NCBI GenBank assembly: GCA_009103225.1 | Contig: RHPI01001037.1 | Coordinates: 1,670,551 to 1,734,550, forward strand | Length of the DNA stretch: 64,000 nucleotides | Reading direction: 5' to 3' | From: Chlorokybus atmophyticus | Taxonomy: Eukaryota; Plantae; Mesostigma and Chlorokybus algae | Notes under the pieces: model-generated | Database searches by the model: none | What the model saw: only the letters and a program-made list of their open reading frames with translations | Told to the model about the DNA's origin: nothing | In this document: one piece after another, positions 12,250 to 25,654 of the stretch | Numbering within the stretch: position 1 is the stretch's first letter | How the letters are laid out: the number at the start of each line of letters is the position of its first letter | Program-made: the position numbers and the translations under genes

Positions 12250-13371
12250 GATGGCTCTGTCTGTTGACCCACTGTTTCTCTGTTGTGTACGATTTTGAGA
12301 GCAACAGTTTGTCCGCATGTAAATATGTGCTGTAGCTTGGTGGCTGTGCCTATGCAAGTTGCGGTTTTCAGCAACAGCTGTATGGTGCTTGCATGGCATC
12401 ATGTGTGTATGGCATCGCAGCTGCAGGACCTGTTACGCGCATGCACTGCACATGTGCCAGTGCACTGTGCAGCGAGCTTGCTGTGCCGTTGCTGTATCAT
12501 GGTGCGGATGCCTGACAATGTGCTTTGTACACACACATGCACACCCACCCGCGCAAGTACCAGCCGACATGGCTGGTAAAGGTTGCACAGGCCATACCAG
12601 TGCAATGACTCAATCAATGCAACACACCAACAAACAGTCAAACAATTTCACTGACTGCATTGGGTATACATCATGGTCAATCACAGACACACATGCGTGC
12701 TCAGTGCGCAGACATACAAACAAAGATTAGGCACAACAAGCCAGCCAGCAATCATCTTACCCCCGGAGCCTTTACCTATGCATAGGCTGACCATGTATTG
12801 CAGATGCAAAGTATCAAGGCATAGCACTCAAACACGCCAGGACAACAGATCAAGCACACAAGCACTAAATCAAGCGGCCAGGGCAACTACGCTATGTGCG
12901 TGCTGCTAGCTATGCGCGTGCAGAGGGTGAGGGCGGGCAGGCAGCAAGGGATGGCAAGGACAAGCAGCAGACCAGCAGCGGACCTGGCAGCACAGCGTCT
13001 GGTCAGTCCAGGTCCGGTCGCAGCAGAGACGCAGCAGAGACGACAGCAGAGCTATCATATTAGTTCGCACACTGACACCAACGCCACACTCTCAACCTCT
13101 AGCAACTGGGATGCAAATATTGGCTGTCAGTGCTGTACCATACCTAACCATATACATCATACACAACCCAACAAACAGCCACACCGACACACCTGTATGC
13201 ATGCATGCATGACGGACATGGTTGGGCATTAGGTGAGTAGGTAGTGTGGCAGACAAGAGTACGAGTGGTTAGCCCAATGGTGTTGATGTGGCTGACTGCT
13301 GGCTGCTGCACGTGACTGCAGGCTGCACTGCAATGACGTACACCGTATGCCCCATTATAGTTTATATGTGC

Positions 13372-13420
13372 GTGCATGACGGTGTGTACAGAAGTATCTT
13401 CTGTACACACCGTCATGCAC
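13372..13420. repeat. Perfect 23-bp inverted repeat with 3-nt loop (49-bp palindrome)
   Basis: GTGCATGACGGTGTGTACAGAAG (13372-13394), TAT, CTTCTGTACACACCGTCATGCAC (13398-13420). Exact reverse complements, read directly. Confidence 0.95.
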
Positions 13421-14470
13421 ACTCCCACACCAACAGTCACCCACGCACGCACCGACACACCCACTCCATCACACGCACACACTCACAGACACGCCGCCGA
13501 CAGTCACCGCAGCGTCACCCCTGCACTCACACACCCACAGCGCCGAGCAACCATGTTCACACCTACTGTCGCCAGTGCTACGTCTGCCTTGGTTGAGGGG
13601 TCCCCAGTGGTACTGGTGCCCAGTCCAGCACGGCCGCCACCACCATAGCACCGCGCCACTATTGCCAATGTCTGCGCCTGTTGCAGCGCACTGCTGACAG
13701 TCTCGCCTGAGGCGGTCCGCGCACCACCACCATGCGCCCCCCATACGACTACTACACGTGGTGGAACTCCTCCCCCCGCCAGCCATGCCTATACATGCGC
13801 ACGGTATCAAGTTGCAGTACGACTACCATACCTAGCAATACGCCCAACAGATGCTGGCTTCTTGTTTAATTTCCTGTAACTTGATACTGTTTCAGGATAC
13901 TACCCCTCGGCTTGGTCAGTTCAGTTTCTATGGGTGCACAGCACTAGTCACAACTTATCAGCCGGCAATCGTACAGGGCAGCACAAAGCACCAAAACGTC
14001 TTGGATATGGTCTGGGCAGCACCCACTTGCTGACACTGGATGTGAACGAGTATGTGGCGCATGCCTTCTGTTCCAGGCAGCCAGCCTGCAAATGTATGCT
14101 CTCTTTGGATATCATGCACCTGGCACAACATATGTAACAGAGCAAATACATGCAGGACATATGCATAACAGAAAGCCATCCCACGCCTCAAACTGACGAG
14201 GGGAATATATATACAATCCAGGGCAACTAGCCTTCAGGGCAACTTGTGTTACCAAGGGCGAGAGCGCAACTGAACCCACTAGCACTGGCATCCTCCCTAT
14301 CTGGGTGTCAACGGGACGACTGACACTAACTAGCCTGTATACTTCACCACAAAAGGTTTATTGAATAGGACAAAAGCAGCTCAACACCTTCGTGCATGTT
14401 ATCACGATTGCAGTACAACTGCGACAGGCGCGCTTGATCTGGCCTGCATGACAAGTGCGCACGTTATACA

Positions 14471-17400
14471 TCAGCTGCAAGGGTCCAAATAGATAGCAGC
14501 TTTGAATTGCTGTGCATGTCGTAGCAACATGCACAGCAATAAACTGACCTGCAGGAGCTCATCCTCCATGCTGCCCTCGCCGCCACTGTTGTGATGCCGC
14601 ACTATCCGCAACCTGCCTTCCTTTGTTCCATACGCGAGCCCGTCGCCCGCTATCGGTGACCAGCACGCCACATTCACCTCATCTTCAGCAGAGGGTATTG
14701 AGCGAATAAGCCGCATGTCTGGCACCCGATACACCTGTTGTGACATGGTTGACGGCCATGTTACTTCTTTGAAAGACCAGTTCATGCATTTTCAGAGCTG
14801 CTTTAACACAGCGTATCCGGCATAGCCAATCACCTCAATGATTGTGTGCACGGGTATTATGGCGGTGCCGTCAGCTACGAGGCTTTGCAACAGCGCAATG
14901 TGCCGGCGACCATATGCCAACAGCAGATGGCGCGAGGAAGGAGAGAACTGTATGGATGTCAAGCAGTGTGCTGCTCGCACAGCAACAGCCGCCAGTACAG
15001 CGCCAAAGCTACGTGATACAACGCAGTCAATGCAGGTGACATCAACAACAGGAGGGTGTGTAAATATGGCCAACACAAGCAGTGAACATACCTGGCCTGC
15101 TCAAGCGAGTACACCCGCAGCTCATAGACCAGGCCATTAGGATTGCCAATACCAGCATATGGGCCGTCGGGTGAGTTGCTCAGCTGTGTGCCTGCATAGC
15201 TGCTCTGTTCCTGGCTGCTCTTGCAAGCAACGCACGCCGCCAGGTACCGCCCGCAGGGTGAGAAGTGCGCACCCATCTCACTGCACAGCACAGCGTACGG
15301 GATCACCAAGCGTGGGCGACAGTTTTCTAGTGTTGGAAGCGGCCGCGCGTCTGCATCATAATGCCACAAACGCAGCCGCACTGTGCACGGCTGCTCTGCA
15401 ACTCCGGCTGGTGCACCCAAAGCTACCTGCATAGGCCGAGCATGGGTCCATGGGCTAACACAATGCCAGCAGACCCACGTGCAGTGCTTCACGAAAACAC
15501 TGTACTTGGGCATTGGCTGTTGCCATGACATCTAAGGTTGGGGACTCGCGACCTTCACGCATGGGATCAAACCCTGAGTTGATAGAGGATAACAAGCCGA
15601 AAGGGCTGCCGGCAAACACAGGGGATGCAGCTCTAGGCACTGCAGGGCAAAGAACGAGAGTTAGACTGCAGGATTGTTGCTAGATGATGTGTGTACGCAG
15701 GCCAAACAGCCACATGCATGGGGCTCAAGAGCTCAGTACCTAGGGGAGCGGTTGTTAGCTGTTGCACCTCGTGCGCTTCAGCTGTCAGCAGCGTGGCTGC
15801 ACTGCGTATGGGCGCGCGAGGAGCAGGAGATGGTGCGCGCTGGCTCATGGGGGATCGATGTGCTGGTGGCAACGGGCTCACACGGCCTGAAGTGCTGGGT
15901 GCGGCTTCTACATTGCGTGATGCTATGCTTTCTAGTCTATTGTAGTATGGCTGTAGCAACCTGCTATCAACCTCTGGTTCTGGCTGCAGGGGCCCTGGGC
16001 TACCTTGACGGCTGCTTGTTGGTGCGTGGATCTCACCGTCTGCAGGTACAGTGCAGTGTTGGTACCAATGGCAGCGAACATGTCATTAGGCTATGTACAA
16101 TCAGAGTCAGGATACACAGCAGAAGCACATGCACAGTATGTTACCTTCAAAAACACCATCCTCTTGATCCATTGGTGCGGCAGCTGCAACGCTGGAGAGA
16201 TCTGAACGCTGCCGCACTGGAACAGGTCCCTGGGCGGCGCCTTCTGTCGGCAACCTGCGCCGTCGCGATGGCAGAGTTGGCTCATCTGCGGCTGCCGTGT
16301 TGGAGGGTGCTGCAGGAGTGCTGGTGGTGGCCCGGCTATTCACACTCTCATTGCGAAGGTACTCCAACACACGCGGGTGCTGCGCTGGTGCAACAGGCAT
16401 CGCAAGTGGCGTGTGCACATTACCAAGAGGATCGCGGTGCGGGTCAGCTTCATTGACCTGTCAGATGCAGGTATAAGCGAGACTAAGCGCACACCAGGCT
16501 TGTTGCAGTCACTACATACCTCGGCAGTGAGAAGCAGATTGGCACTACGTGGGTGAAACTGGACAGCGCGCAAGGATCGCTTTGTTCGCAGGGCGATGAC
16601 TGGAGTTGCTGCTGAGCTCGCAGCTGAGTATTCCCACACCCAAAGCTGAAAGGCAGCAAGTTGTTGGATCAGCTAGACTGTTAAAGACCAGCAACAGCGT
16701 ATGTACCTTATGACCAGAAGCCACTGCTAGCATGTCCCCAAGTCCATGAAATGCCAACGAGGCGATTGGCCGACCTGCCAGTCAACAAAACCGATGCAGG
16801 TTGGGTGCAGAACCAGAACAAAGTGACACATTGCTCCTAACTGGCCCTCACCAAAGTCATGTGAAGTGACGCACTCTGCAGTTGAGGCATTCCAAAGGCG
16901 TACAGTGTTGTCTAGACTGCCACTAGCCAGCAAGGAAGAACTTCGAGGGTTGACACGAACCTAACGAGGCAACCTCAAGTCAGTCGAGCTGTCAGCGCAT
17001 ATAGCCACACAGTGGATGCTGCAACACTGACCACCCACGGGGTGCGTCTGTGGCCGCTGAGGGTGCGTAGCAGTAGTCCTGTGTCGCAGCAGATCAGCTT
17101 GACTGTATGGTCTCCACTGCAATGCACGCAGACCACAACATGAGCAGTGTGTTGCACTTCCTTTAGCCAACTGAGCTTCGAACTCACTGTGTGGAGGCTA
17201 TATAGCGACCATCTGGACTGTAAGCCGCCGCGATGGTAGAACGTGGTGGCGGTTCTAAAGTGCAGTAAACTGCTTTGCAATGCTGCAGCAGGTCTGCTTC
17301 CAACCTGGGTAGTGTGCACATAAACGGGGCCGAGTAAGGCGCCAATAAGAAGAAGCTGGCACATGTGTGCACACGAGCACATGCGCTATGCACTGAACTG

Positions 17401-18005
17401 GTACTTGTCTCTGGCCTCGTGCTCACCAAAATGCCAGCGAACTGCGCGAGTCGACAAGGCCCACATGCCAGCACCTGCACGCTGTGCGCTTGCCTCGACT
17501 GGTTGCTGCAGGTGACAGCTCTCGGAACCGGAGCAGCAGAGCCACATTGCTAGGCGCCGCCCTGCATTGCACGCCGAAGAGTACGCCGTGAGTAAGTGCG
17601 TTTGTATAGCTCGACTCTGCATGCTACGCTGTACATTGCTGCAGCAAGGGGTACTGCCTGCCGCGTGGGCAGGCACGTCGTAACAACAGCGCATGCTAGC
17701 ATACTTCCTTTTCACCGTGTACAGCATACATTACGAGCAATCCAGGTGACGAAGGTAAGTAGGGGACAATTGCTCGGCCTTCCAACCAAGCCCTATTTGA
17801 TTAAAAGCTTCTGACAGCAATGAAAGCTGATTTGGAAGAGAAGTCCATAACTCTGCAATCACCTCTGTTTGTAGCGATCTGAACAAGATGTTTATCGGCA
17901 AGCATACACGAAGTTTAGAATGCATGCCAAAATCAGCATGCCATCTCACCGCAGCTTGCCGCTCCTGCTATCGCAGCGGCAGCTCCCCCAGCGGTCTGTG
18001 GCCAT
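14471..18005 (-). CDS. AMBRA1-like WD40 protein (plant At1g04140/At5g43930 type), multi-exon; start and stop approximate
   Basis: Exons encode NVALLLRFRELSP, WLEADLLQHCKAVYCTLEPPPRSTIAAAYSPDGRYIASTHGDHTVKLI, LSGHRRTPWV, LASGSLDNTVRLWNA, AFHGLGDMLAVASGHK, SLRAVQFHP, PCTVRLRLW, AVLCSEMGAHFSPCGRYLAACVAC, AHCLTSIQFSPSSRHLLLAYGRRH, EDEVNVACWSP, GTKEGRLRI, MEDELLQV. Confidence 0.85.
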
Positions 18006-18709
18006 GTGCGCAGCTTCCCCTTATGGCCACAACACGTTAAACTCGCAGATAAGCAAGCTAGCGGACCACGACGCCTCCCCCATTGCCAGCGCCGACATCA
18101 ACAACCACCCCGCCGCCACCGCCACCGCCACCGCCGCGACGACCGCGGCTGCTAGCGCCTGAGTGCGCACGCAAGCAGAGCCCAAACCGACCAAACCAGC
18201 AGCAGGCGACGCAGCAATTGAAATGCGCAGTTCAATAAACCCTAACCTATGCAAACGGGAAAAACCCGATTCAAAACTCCCGATCAAGCAACCACCCGGA
18301 AAACTGGGTTTTTCAGTGCTGCTTACAAAGTGTGTTGTTTGCGTGGGGAACCCCGTTTTCGGGCAATTCTGAAACATCGCTTCATAACATCTGGTGGAGC
18401 AAATGCTGAAATTCGTGTGACGTGACAGTGACGACGACACACTGAATCGCCACTTCAAGGACAGACGTGACGTCGAACGGGTTCATGAGGTACTGGTTGG
18501 CAGGGGTGGTGGCGGTGATCCCGATCGTGCGCTCGTTAGAGTTAGTCTGCGCGCGCGAAGCTTTGAACGTTTCAAGTTGTAGCGATTAGGGTTTGTGGGT
18601 GGCGTGCCACGTGGCGGCTTGAGGAGAGACGGGCGCCGCCACCGCCACCGCCACCGCCGCCGCCACCGCTGCCATTGTAGGACTACCATCGGCGAGTGTT
18701 AAGGGAGTC
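18006..18709. promoter_or_regulatory. CpG-rich bidirectional promoter / 5' UTRs of AMBRA1-like and MPS1, with two telo-boxes and a site II-like element
   Basis: AAACCCTAA at 18237-18245, TTAGGGTTT at 18586-18594, AGCCCA at 18179-18184, two AACGG cores near 18253 and 18476. Genes diverge head-to-head. Function is inferred from plant promoter motifs. Confidence 0.55.
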
Positions 18710-21700
18710 ATGGCTGCGACAATGGAGGCTTACCGCCGCCCACGAGGTAGGGTTTGCGTGTAAACGCTAGCAGTGTCATCCGCAACAGGTCTGCCGTGCA
18801 TGCTTGGGTCAACATCAGCGGGTAGCATACACCTAAAGAGTGTGACTTGTCCTGCAATGTTTGTCTCTTCCTGGCATCATCGAACTGGTGCCAAAAGCTA
18901 AGTTCACAATGCAGCTGCACAAGCGGGTCTGGAAACGTGATTGCTGCCGGCAGATGGTTGCATGTAAGTATATGGCGGTTACATCGGTTGTGGTGTCGTG
19001 CTGGCAAGGGGGAGGAAGGGGGGAGTTAGAAGGGGGAGTTTGTTGGCTAAATCAACGGTGTGAGTAAGCTCATACATTGAGTGGTAGGCCCTGATTTCTG
19101 GCATATAATTGTTACAGCATTGCCGGACGAGCCTGCTGCCTTTCGACCTGTCACGGCTTATGCACAGCTGCGCGTGCATACCAACGGTACGCCTTCTTCA
19201 GCTTATGGGGGAACCCCGCGGGATGACACGCCCAGGGTTGGCAGCTTACAGAACGGCACGCCACACACCAGAATGTGAGCAACTGCAGACAACAGTTGCT
19301 TGTGTACTGATCTGGAATGGGGCGCGTTATGAGACAAACCTTGACAGCGTGCGCCAGGTGGCACAACGCACATGTATGCGCGAAATTGACTAAAGCTGAC
19401 TACTTGCCATGTTGCGCAGTGATGTGGGAGCTGTGCAGAATGTAACTCCATTGAGCGTGATTCGTGAGCAGTTGAGAGAGGTTCCCAAACCAGCAGCGTC
19501 AACTGCGTCAGTTGCGACGGTGGGCAGTGGCGGTAGTCATGGTAGTGCTGAGGAGGACACAACAGTTTGCAACTCTACAGAACACAGAGGTCCTGGCATG
19601 CCACGCCCAGTACCCAAGAAGCTGGGTCAGTAAGGGCTTTCTACCGCACTGCAGGTTGCCTCTTTGAAGATGGCAGGAACATTTGTCATGATAGTATGCT
19701 GTTTGTACCCATGTAATGTATTATCATGCTGTTTGCCGTATGGCATTGAACTCACATGTCTCGCAGGGGGGCCAGCACGTCGTGTTGCAGTAACAACACC
19801 AAATTTGCCCAGCGATGAAGATCTGCTGGCGCGTATTGCACAAGAAGGTATGTTCACTGCGCTCACTACAGCAGTCTGCTTGATCTGTGAGTTGGGAACT
19901 TGGTTTGCCACTTTGCTGCGCTCTTTGCATACAGATAAAGCTCAAAGCAGGGCGCCATCCGGTGCCGAACAGCAACCCGAGCCAGCCGCACGCGCATCCA
20001 CCACTGCCGAGGACGCCCATGCGAGTATGGCAGCTGTGCAAGTTGTTTCAAAGCCCAGAGCACACAATGGAGCGCTTATCGCACCATCTTCAGCAAATGC
20101 TCTTAGAGACGGGGCTGTTGCTGCCTTGCCACGAGATCAGCCTCCAGATAAGCCTGCCGTCGAGCCTTTCCGGCAAGACCCTGCTGAACGGGCTGTCCCA
20201 AGCAACTCGGTAGACGGAGCCTTTATGCAGAGTGGGAGTCAGCAACAGAGCAAACAGAACGCGCGCTCCATACCAGCAGCTCCCACGCCTGTACAAAGCA
20301 AAGAGCCTTCAGAGTTGCAACAGCCCTTTCGTGGCGCTGAAGCGTCAGCAACGTCAGCTGCGTATTGCAAGCCTGCTGTAGCGCTGGCTGCAGGGCAAGA
20401 ACAGTACCACGAAAAGGCCCCAAGACCTGCTGTTCAAGTGCAACAACAGCAACAAGCATTGGCAGTAGCAAGGACAGCTGTGCCTGGGCGACAAGCGGAC
20501 TCAATGGCGCCAGTCGCAAGTGAGCCTGCGCATACAGTACCCTCTTTCAACAATGCTGGTGGGGCGCAGAACACAGAGGCTGCTGACAAAGCACAACAGC
20601 ACACCGAGACAAGGGCTGCAACCGCAGAAGGTGCGCATGCGCGAGAGGATGCGAGCACCATCTGGGTGAATGGCGTCAGGTACACGAAATTGGAGTGCGT
20701 TGGCAAGGGAGGCTCCAGCAAAGTTTTTAAGGTTTGTGATCAGGAGTTCATGATCAGTGACAGTGACACAGCTGCTGACAGGCTCTGACCTTATGCAGGT
20801 CATCGCTCCAAACCGCAAGATATATGCAGTCAAGCGCATCCGTCTCAATGGTCGGGATGGAGAGTCGGCAACTGGGTTTCTTGCAGAGATTGACAAGTTG
20901 CAGCAGTTCAAGGGGCATCACTACATCATTCAACTGATTGACTCGCAGGTAAGTGTAAAACATCTGTGCTTGCTGCTTAACTTGCTTTAACACAACAAAC
21001 AGTGGTGTTTCTTTGCGCCAGGTGCTAACACAGGATGGGCTCATCTACATGGTGCTCGAGTATGGTGAAACAGACCTGGCACGACAGCTGGCGGTGCGAG
21101 CAAGGGAAGGTCGTGTCAATGACAACAACTTTTTGAGATACTACTGGCAGCAGATGCTGGAGGCAGTGGCCACAATACACAAGGGTCGTATTGTCCATCA
21201 AGACCTGAAACCTGCCAACTTCGTCCTGGCTGAAGGTGTCCTAAAGCTGATAGACTTTGGCATCGCCAACCGTATGGCCTCAGAGAACACCACAAGTGTC
21301 ATGCAGGAGAGCCCAGTCGGCACGCTGAACTACATGGCACCAGAAGCTATCAGGTGCATGCAAAACACCAGTGTCATATGACGTACTTGTCATTATGCAT
21401 GGCAGCACAACGCCGCGTTGCTGATGGATGTTCCTTTTGCAGTCGAGGGGCACCAGGCGTACGTGTTGGTCGAGCATCTGACGTTTGGTCACTGGGGTGC
21501 ATATTGTACCAGATGACGTATGGTCACACGCCGTTCCATGCGCTGCCATACATCCCTAAGATGCATGCTATCCTTGACTCGCGACATGCCATTGCATATC
21601 CTCACATCCACAACCCTACACTTCTAGACACTCTGCGAAAGTGCCTAGAACGCGATCCCGCTCGCCGCATTAGCATTGAGGGACTTTTAGAGCACCCCTT

Positions 21701-21969
21701 CCTCAACCCGTATTGTGGGTTGTTGCCACCGCCATCAACCCAGGTACGTCAATGTGGGTCTCGCAAGGGATCTTGGAGGTTTTGTTGTTGCTGCCATGTT
21801 ACTCTACTATGCATCATGTAGTTGCATCTGTGCCCGCAATTGCAAGGGCTAGTATGTGCGTGGTACGCTGCACTGATATCCTTGCATTCTGGCACAGGTT
21901 GCCCAGGACGAGAGGCCACCTGCATTAACACAGGAAGCCATGCCTGGTAGATCAGGCACAAACAGCTAA
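18710..21969 (+). CDS. MPS1: MPS1/TTK spindle-checkpoint dual-specificity kinase (about 9 exons)
   Basis: ATG 18710. Long low-complexity N-terminus. Kinase motifs [106 protein letters not shown]. The last short exon (21898-21969) is tentative. Confidence 0.93.
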
Positions 21970-22299
21970 CCAATACTTGTGACTCTGGTCATTGTTTAGA
22001 CACTGTATGTATGAATTAGCTAAGCTACATGCCACGTACTGACACGAGTGCATCAGCGTGTGCATATGTGCATACACATGAAGCTCATGCACCTGCACGT
22101 GTTGCAGGATATGATTGCGATACTTTGACTTAATTCGTCAGCCTGTATTGTGCTTTTATAGTGTAGTGTGTTCTTAGCTGTCGTCAAGCATATCTTGCCT
22201 TTAACAACACGCCGATTGCTGCGCAATGCTCTTAGTAGGACCGCGAAATCACATCATAAGTTGATACAGTACGCATCTACGCATGGTGCTACTGGTAGC

Positions 22300-23560
22300 A
22301 GCATAAGATGACAATGACATGGTTTCAATTGTACAGTGAATGAAAGTTGAAGTAACCGCCCGGCGTGTTTTTGCTCTTTTTCTACAATCAAGGTTGTCTA
22401 TAAAATGCAGGCTGTACCACAACACTTTTTGTTCGATGTATGCAATTGTTCAGTTTGCGAGACATCGAGCATTTGGTGTTATGCAGTGCCGTGTTGTGTG
22501 GCTAGGCTCTAGTCGCTGCCAATCGCACCACCATTATATTTCGTAATGTTATACATTGTAATACTTGTTGGTTGTTCGTAGTTACGTGCTTTCTTGAGTA
22601 CACTTGATTCATTATATTATTGCGAGATGTTTCTGCAGCGTGCAAAACAATAATAACAATTGACATTCGCTATTAATGAAATGACATTTACGACATGCAT
22701 ATCAATATCATAAATGGTTTATGTTGTGTACCACAAGCTGGTACACACCATAAACCATGTACCGCAAGCTGTTACACAACATAATGCTAGCTAGTGGAAT
22801 TTCTTACATTGTACGAAAAAACTTAGTAGTTGGGTTTACAAGTGTTGAAGCATCATATTACAACAAAATTGATATTGACACCAACGACAGCGTCACAATT
22901 GTCTTATAAACCATTTACATTGTCAGTATGCATGTTACGCATATTGTTACAGTGCATGCATTGCACTGCCAAGTGGTGCAATGTTTGTACTATATATCAC
23001 ATATGATATATACGCGGATGTGAGTTATAAGGAGTGTTGACGTCTTATTGATCATGCAACCCATTGGCTTTCTTGCGCAATACTCTTTTATGAAAACTCC
23101 ATCACTTTTTGAAGTTGGCAATGGTACGTGGTAAGTTGTACATTGTGTGCATTATGCCGTATGCAAATACATTTACTTGCAATCGAATCTATGAATGTAT
23201 CTTTAGATATGGGGTGATTTGACAACATACAAATCATGAGTGCCTAAATCCAAAGCTTTACAATTTATTTTTTATCACATCGTATTAGATAGCAAAAGGC
23301 AATGCCATTGCCGTGTCACGCACATCAGCTATGCATGATTAATAAACACCCTCATTGAGGGTCTTCACATAGATTAAAATAAACACAAACAAGCTAGCAA
23401 AGTTCAACTATTAAACGGTTTGTGCATCACAAAATTATTGATGCATTTTTGCATAAATGCACCAACATGCAATGTCATGGCCAACATTAGCCATAATTGA
23501 CTCCATCATTTCGTCTCATTACACAATGATGGTGTCACAAAACAAGTATGTTTTGTGACA
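22300..23560. other. AT-rich intergenic island containing a 20-bp-arm hairpin and direct repeat (22714-22783) followed by CTAGCTAG
   Basis: Visibly lower GC than the flanking genes, with no credible coding exons. Hairpin arms 22714-22733 and 22739-22758 have one mismatch. Confidence 0.6.
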
Positions 23561-24177
23561 CCATCATCTCGACCAAGCACATCAAGGTAATCACTTTGCA
23601 ATCGCTACCAACATGCTTACATTGAATTAGCACACTTTGGTTCACTCCGCACTTGCAAAAGCGGATCCCGCGTATCCATTGGCATGGGCATGTAGTATGT
23701 GTGTGTACTGGGTGCTGTATCATACATGCTCAAAACGTGTTTGCATGCGCACTCAGTTAGTCAACATGCCTATACAGTGTGTGAACACTTGCTGCCACTC
23801 TGTAATAGAGCGTGTGTGATTAGGCAGAGGTCCATCCTACTGCTTGACCTTATTAGTTTGTATATAATACGAAAGTCCCGTAGGCAAGAGGCTGTGCAAC
23901 CTCTCGTCAAATAGTTGATCAAAGTAGTGTTTACTTCCTTACATATGAGTGATGATCGTCAAGTACTCACACCTGCGCCACGCTGCCTTCGCCCCGCACA
24001 ACTTGTGACAGCATTTAATGACCGCATGCTGACATATGATGGAAGGCATGGTCGCATCTGAACATGTCGACAGCATGCGCGCTCAGCTAGTACATACGAT
24101 AACGCAGGGGCGCAATGACTGTTACAGATTGTATCTAAGCAACGAAATTGGCACAAGAAAGAAACTATACATAGCGG

Positions 24178-25654
24178 TTAGTTCTTGGGGCCACTGGTCT
24201 GGCTTGGTCCGCATCTCTCAACCATGGTGTCATACAACTGCTTGCCATTCTGCAGAGCAACAACGCAACAACACCCAAAAGGATCCAATCAACCTTTGTG
24301 CGCAGTTGCAACTCTCTTGCATCATTACAGCACAGCATTGCATTGTACAGCCGCTTACCATGATGACTGGGAAGAAGTGTATTTGTCCTTCCGGCTTTGT
24401 TTGAGTCTCCTTGAAGTAGACCAACACAGGAAACCCAGGCCACCAGAACTCCCAGTTGGTAAAAGACTTATAACTGCATCAAAGCAAGGTAGATCCAAAA
24501 TCAGCAGTGACCTGATCCTTCGGAAGAGATCCCAATGCATGTGTAGTACTGCCTTGTGTCAACACAATCAGCAACCACTTGTTCATGTACCTCCAACGGT
24601 TGTCACCACCAACAAAGGCATTCTCGGATGGGTCCTTATCCTCACCAATGGACACTTTCTGCAAGAAGCAATGGCAAGCTGTGACTCAGGGCAAGGAGCA
24701 GCAGGAGCATGAATCAGCATGACATGATAGGCTGCTGTACACTGCCATTGCATGCGTACCAAGGTCTCAGCATCAAACTGGAACCGCACCCGGAATGTCT
24801 GCAACAGCGCCATATGTGTCAGGTTGCGCACCATGCTTGCACCTCGCTCATAGGCATGTTATGGCTTGCTTGACAGGTCAACACATGCAATGCCTGCTGA
24901 AACTTTTACTCCCCATGCAGAGTACCTGCACCGCCAGCAAAGCGCCCAGCAGAGCAAACGGTGCTGCAACCAAGTCTGCTTTGGCGGAGGCAAGCACAGC
25001 GCCAATGCCTGCAAGTGCGGTTACCAAGCATTAGCGCACGTGTACTGCGTGCACACAACCCAGCATGATCGATCACTTTGCCTAGCAAAGAAGCTGCTAG
25101 CCGTAGGTCTGGCTCTATGACAACAACGTCCTTTGCCGTGGCCTGCTCAAATGCACACAACATAGCGTCAAGTCATCCTCAAGCAGTGTGCTGCGGGCTT
25201 GCTTACTCACTCCAACAGCTTCACATACGCTAAGACTCAACCATGCACGTACACAGTGCAACACTCGCTCACAAGACAGCAGGTCTAGAAATGTCACTAA
25301 CAATGAGCAATAGTACTGGCAAGTACGACTAGCATAGCGGCAAGCCAGCGTACCTTGCGAGCAACGACTTGAAGCACGTGTCCAGCACCGGTTTCTGCCA
25401 TAGCAAGCAGAACATCAGCATGTTCAAGGTTGCAACTTTTTGCATGGTCAATTCGTACAATGCAACGCCAACCCCAGCAAGCACATACTTGCGCCAAGCG
25501 CCTTGGAAGCCAGGGGCAGCCTGGCTCCTCCAGCAAACGAAGTGGACAGCGGCCTCAAGCCACGGCAACAGCCACGAGGCGTTGCTGAAGCAGCCACTGG
25601 AGCACGGAACACGCAAGGCGAGCCCAATCCCACTACCATCACCATCGCCGCCAT
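24178..25654 (-). CDS. DUF3119-family chloroplast membrane protein (cyanobacterial origin), multi-exon; missed by the ORF track
   Basis: ATG 25654 MAAMVMVVGLGSPC transit peptide. Spliced exons ATAKDVVVIEPDLRLAASLLG|IGAVLASAKADLVAAPFALLGALLAVQ|TFRVRFQFDAETL|KVSIGEDKDPSENAFVGGDNRWS|YKSFTNWEFWWPGFPVLVYFKETQTKPEGQIHFFPVIM|NGKQLYDTMVERCGPSQTSGPKN*. TAA at 24180-24178. Confidence 0.88.

Noticed and set aside
18021-18098. Possible 25-aa uORF upstream of the AMBRA1-like gene
   Set aside because: I could not resolve the true start or first exons, so uORF status is unsupported.
21190-21220. HQD instead of HRD in the kinase catalytic loop
   Set aside because: MPS1 kinases are non-RD (typically HSD), and the catalytic Asp, Lys and DFG are intact.
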